Shown here one piece after another: positions 60,237 to 64,000 of a stretch of DNA of 64,000 bases (positions are counted from its first letter, which is position 1; the number at the start of each line of letters is the position of its first letter). Made by a program: the position numbers and the translations under genes. Below the pieces are notes generated by a model. It did not search any database. It worked only from the letters and a program-made list of their open reading frames with translations, and was not told where the DNA came from. Origin of the DNA: Macrostomum hystrix (taxonomy: Eukaryota; Animalia; Platyhelminthes); contig CATNEN010000001.1 in the NCBI GenBank assembly GCA_950097015.1, forward strand, positions 24,428,001 through 24,492,000. Reading direction: 5' to 3'.

Positions 60237-63200
60237 TCAGGACTTGAGCACCTTGATAAATGTGTCCCTGGGTATTTCAATCTCGCCAATCATTCGCAGT
60301 CGCCGTTTGCCCTCTCGTTGTGAGGCCAGCAGTTTCTGCCGCCTTGTCCGGTCTGTGCCGCTTTTCTAAGAAACGGGTTGGGGATTTCGCTTAAAATATC
60401 TACTTACAATAAATGTTCCTATATATTACACAATAGGCATTTACATTCTCTCCGTAAACTTCACACCATCTTCTAATAAATATCCCACACCTTCTACCAT
60501 CTATCCCACACGCCTTTTACCATCTATCCCACATCTTCTATTATCTATCCCACACGTTCTACCATCTATCCGACGCCTTTTACCATCTATCCCACACCTT
60601 CTATTATCTATCCCACACCTTCTATTATCTATCCCACACCTTCTACCATCTATCCGACGCCTTTTACCATCTATCCCACACCTTCTATTATCTATCCCAC
60701 ACGCCTTTTACCATCTATCCCACACCTTCTATTATCTATCCCACACGCCTTTTACCATCTATCCCACATCTTCTATTATCTATCCCACACCTTCTACCAT
60801 CTATCCCACACGCCTTTTACCATCTATCCCACACGCATTTTACCATCTATCCCACACCTTCTATTATCTATCCCACACGCCTTTTACCATCTATCCCACA
60901 CCTTCAACCATCTATCCCACACCTTCTATTATCTATCCCACACCTTCTACCATCTATCCGACGCCTTTTACCATCTATCCCACACCTTCTATTATCTATC
61001 CCACACCTTCTATTATCTATCCCACACCTTCTACCATCTATCCGACGCCTTTTACCATCTATCCCACACCTTCTATTATCTATCCCACACGCCTTTTACC
61101 ATCTATCCCACACCTTCTATTATCTATCCCACACGCCTTTTACCATCTATCCCACACCTTCTATTATCTATCCCACACGCCTTTTACCATCTATCCCACA
61201 CCTTCAACCATCTATCCCACACCTTCTATTATCTATCCCACACCTTCTACCATCTATCCGACGCCTTTTACCATCTATCCCACACCTTCTATTATCTATC
61301 CCACACCTTCTATTATCTATCCCACACCTTCTACCATCTATCCGACGCCTTTTACCATCTATCCCACACCTTCTATTATCTATCCCACACGCCTTTTACC
61401 ATCTATCCCACACCTTCTATTATCTATCCCACACGCCTTTTACCATCTATCCCACACCTTCTATTATCTATCCCACACGCCTTTTACCATCTATCCCACA
61501 CCTTCAACCATCTATCCCACACCTTCAACCATCTATCCCACACCTTCAACCATCCCACACCACAGCTATTCTTTCTCCTCAATACTGCAGCCTCACAAAT
61601 AGGAGCTCACAATTTTCTGCAACACGTCCTTCCTGTACGGCTTGATCTGGCTGCTCGCCAGCACCTTGCTGCCGGCTTTGATTTGTACTTTAATTAGAAA
61701 CTGCTGTCTCGGCAGCTCCTCGGCTAGCTTGGTTGCCATGACAACCGCTCGCTGTCTGGCCCTATCTGTGGGCATCATGACGGTGAGCTCCTCAACTGGT
61801 CGGTCATTGAGATGCGGCACCAGCTTCACCAGGTGGGTGCTCTGCCAGCCGGACTCCTCGTAGTGAAAGCTGGCGTAGCCGGAGGAGCGGGTCTTTAGGA
61901 CGTCGACCAGATCGATGACGATCTCGCTGAGCGGCAGGCTGGCCTCAACCAGGATTCGCTCGGTGTCGATGTAGGACTGGCTCAGGACACTGCCGCGACG
62001 CTCCTGTGGGTGGGATCATGGTTCCCGGTGGGATCAGGAACTGAAGCTTATTGCTAAGGGAACTGAAGCTTATTGCTTAGGGAACTGAAGCTTATTGCTT
62101 AGGGAACTGAAGATTGTTGCTTAGGGAACTGAAGCTTATTGCTTAGGGAACTGAAGATTGTTGCTTAGGGAACTGAAGCTTATTTGCTTAGGGAACAATT
62201 GTGGACACATTGGACGGCGGATCCAGCCTCACCACCATGAGCTGCGTGACGCTATCCAGATACTTGGCGGGCGTGATGACCGTGGCTCGGCACACTGGCT
62301 CAAAGTGCTCAGCCACAGCCTCATCTGGCGGCATCAGTGCTGGGCTGGTCACATCGATGATCCCACCGCTGCCACCATCTGCCGCATCTGCCCAGTCCCG
62401 CATGGCCCGCTCCGAGTTCAGGCGCACTCGGTAGGGAATCGACGGCGCAGTGAGGATCACCTCGGTATTGTACTCCTCTTCGAGGCGCTGACGAAACACG
62501 TCCATGTGGAGCAGGCCCAGGAAGCCAATGCGCCAGCCCCGGCCGAGGGCGGCGTTCGAGTCCGGAGCGACGGACACTGAGGCATCGTTCAGCGTCAGCT
62601 TAAGTAAGGACGCCTCCAGTCTGTCGATGTCCTCCTGGGAGATCGGGTATAGGCCGCAGAACACCATCGGCTGGGCCGGCTGCGGAGAAACGGCAAAATG
62701 GAAGTCTTTTTTTTCAACAGTCAATAGTTTCAAATCGATAGCTTTGTCCGGTTGTTACTTTTATCCCGTTAAGGGGTTCTAGCCTAGTGCTTTGGATTCC
62801 TACCAAGTGCTTTGAAGGTCGTAGGTTCGATTCCCGACTCCACTGGAAATGATGACTGAGAAGCCGTACGCAATCTCTCTACCCACCCCTCTCTCTATCT
62901 ATCATTATCTATCATTGTCCAACCTGAAACGGTGTTAGCGGCTTCTCCCCATCTGGCAGGTGGGCGCAGCTGACCACCGTGTCACCGACCAGGGCCTCCT
63001 TGGTGCTTCGCATACTGCTGATCAAGTAGCCAACCAGACCGGCTGAGAGACAGTCGATCGGCTGCTGATGAGGCCGGAAGACGCCGACCTCCTTGACGGT
63101 GTGCACCGCGGTCGGCTGATGCAGCGAGCGGAACTCGTCCCCGGGCCTCAACTGGCCGGCCTTGGCTGCCACCAGGCACACGGCGCCTTTGTATGGCTCG

Positions 63201-63334
63201 AACCAGGAGTCAACAATGAGGCCCTTGAAATTGACTGAAGTATTGCTGACTGGCTTTGGCGGTGGAATCCGTTGTACAATGGCCTCCAATAGCTGGTCGA
63301 TGCCGACGCCCTTTTTGGCGGACACTTCCAGCAC
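60237..63334 (-). CDS. GUF1: Mitochondrial translation factor GUF1 (LepA/EF4), 3' exons; the 5' part lies beyond the window
   Basis: Phase-0 exons 63334-62924 ([23 protein letters not shown]...[11 protein letters not shown]), 62679-62233 ([44 protein letters not shown]), 62003-61611 (SSGYASF...ELPRQQF..YRKDV), 60365-60237 ([21 protein letters not shown]). Confidence 0.93.
60480..61560. repeat. ~21-23-bp intronic minisatellite (TCTATCCCACACCTTCTATTA)
   Basis: Direct array in a GUF1 intron. Confidence 0.9.
62038..62195. repeat. 22-bp intronic minisatellite (GGAACTGAAGCTTATTGCTTAG)
   Basis: Direct array. Confidence 0.88.
62773..62845 (+). mobile_element. tRNA-like SINE head, family B, intronic
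   Basis: GGGGTTCTAGCCTAGTGCTT...GGTCGTAGGTTCGATTCCCGACTCCACT, similar to the reverse complement of 23821-23890. Confidence 0.55.
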
Positions 63335-63364
63335 CTGAATATTTCGCATGATTGAGAACTGACA

Positions 63365-64000
63365 GATCAGGGAACTGAAGGATCAGGGAACTGAAGGATC
63401 AGGAAACTGAAGGATCAGGAAACTGAAGGATCAGGGAACTGAAGGATCAGGGAACTGAAGGATCAGGGAACTGAAAGATCAGGGAACTGAAGGATCAGGG
63501 AACTGAAGGATCAGGCAGCTGAAAGATCAGGGAACTGAAGGATCAGGGAACTGAAGGATCAGGGAACTGAGGGATCTGGGAACTGAAGGATCAAGGAACT
63601 GAAGGATCAGGGAACTGAAGAATCAGGGAACTGAAGGATCAGGCAGCTGAAAGATCAGGGAACTGAAGGATCAGGGAATTGAAAGATCAGGGAACTGAAG
63701 GATCAGGGAACTGAAGGATCAGGGAACTGAAGAATCAGGGAACTGAAGGATCAGGCAGCTGAAAGATCAGGGAACTGAAGGATCAGGGAATTGAAAGATC
63801 AGGGAACTGAAGGATCAGGGAACTGAAGGATCAGGGAACTGAGGGATCAGGGAACTGAAGGATCAGGAAACTGAAGGATCAGGGAACTGAAGGATCAGGG
63901 AACTGAAGAATCAGGGAACTGAAGGATCAGGCAGCTGAAAGATCAGGGAACTGAAGGATCAGGGAATTGAAAGATCAGGGAACTGAAGGATCAGGGAACT
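63365..64000. repeat. 16-bp intronic minisatellite (GATCAGGGAACTGAAG), runs off the window
   Basis: Direct array. Confidence 0.92.

Overview
This is eukaryotic (animal) genomic DNA with spliceosomal introns, many of them filled by minisatellites. The style suggests a free-living flatworm such as Macrostomum, but that is an inference only. Two features stand out. (1) The two huge Arg/Lys ORFs (8416-17184 and 2623-8211) plus several small upstream ORFs splice into one 7-exon minus-strand gene (19226->2623, about 5,249 aa). It encodes a signal peptide, an F-type (fucolectin) lectin, two SUEL/rhamnose-binding lectin domains and about 4,400 aa of protamine-like K/R repeats, and is a candidate secreted glue or matrix protein. 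(2) A 22.3-kb DNA transposon-like unit (30042-52385) has ~86-bp terminal inverted repeats and a GTTTATT(C) target-site duplication. It carries a spliced KDZ (Kyakuja-Dileera-Zisupton) transposase on one arm and an HMG-box-like gene on the other. A second, internal pair of inverted repeats encloses captured host DNA: intron-containing CLIC exons, scrambled SAM-methyltransferase exons and an 82-bp satellite. A mariner fragment and a MITE are nested in the arms. Host genes elsewhere are the last exon of an ODF3/SHIPPO-like gene, an orphan two-exon gene, a synaptotagmin-like C2 protein, a THAP protein, an HHAT-type MBOAT and the 3' part of GUF1/LepA.
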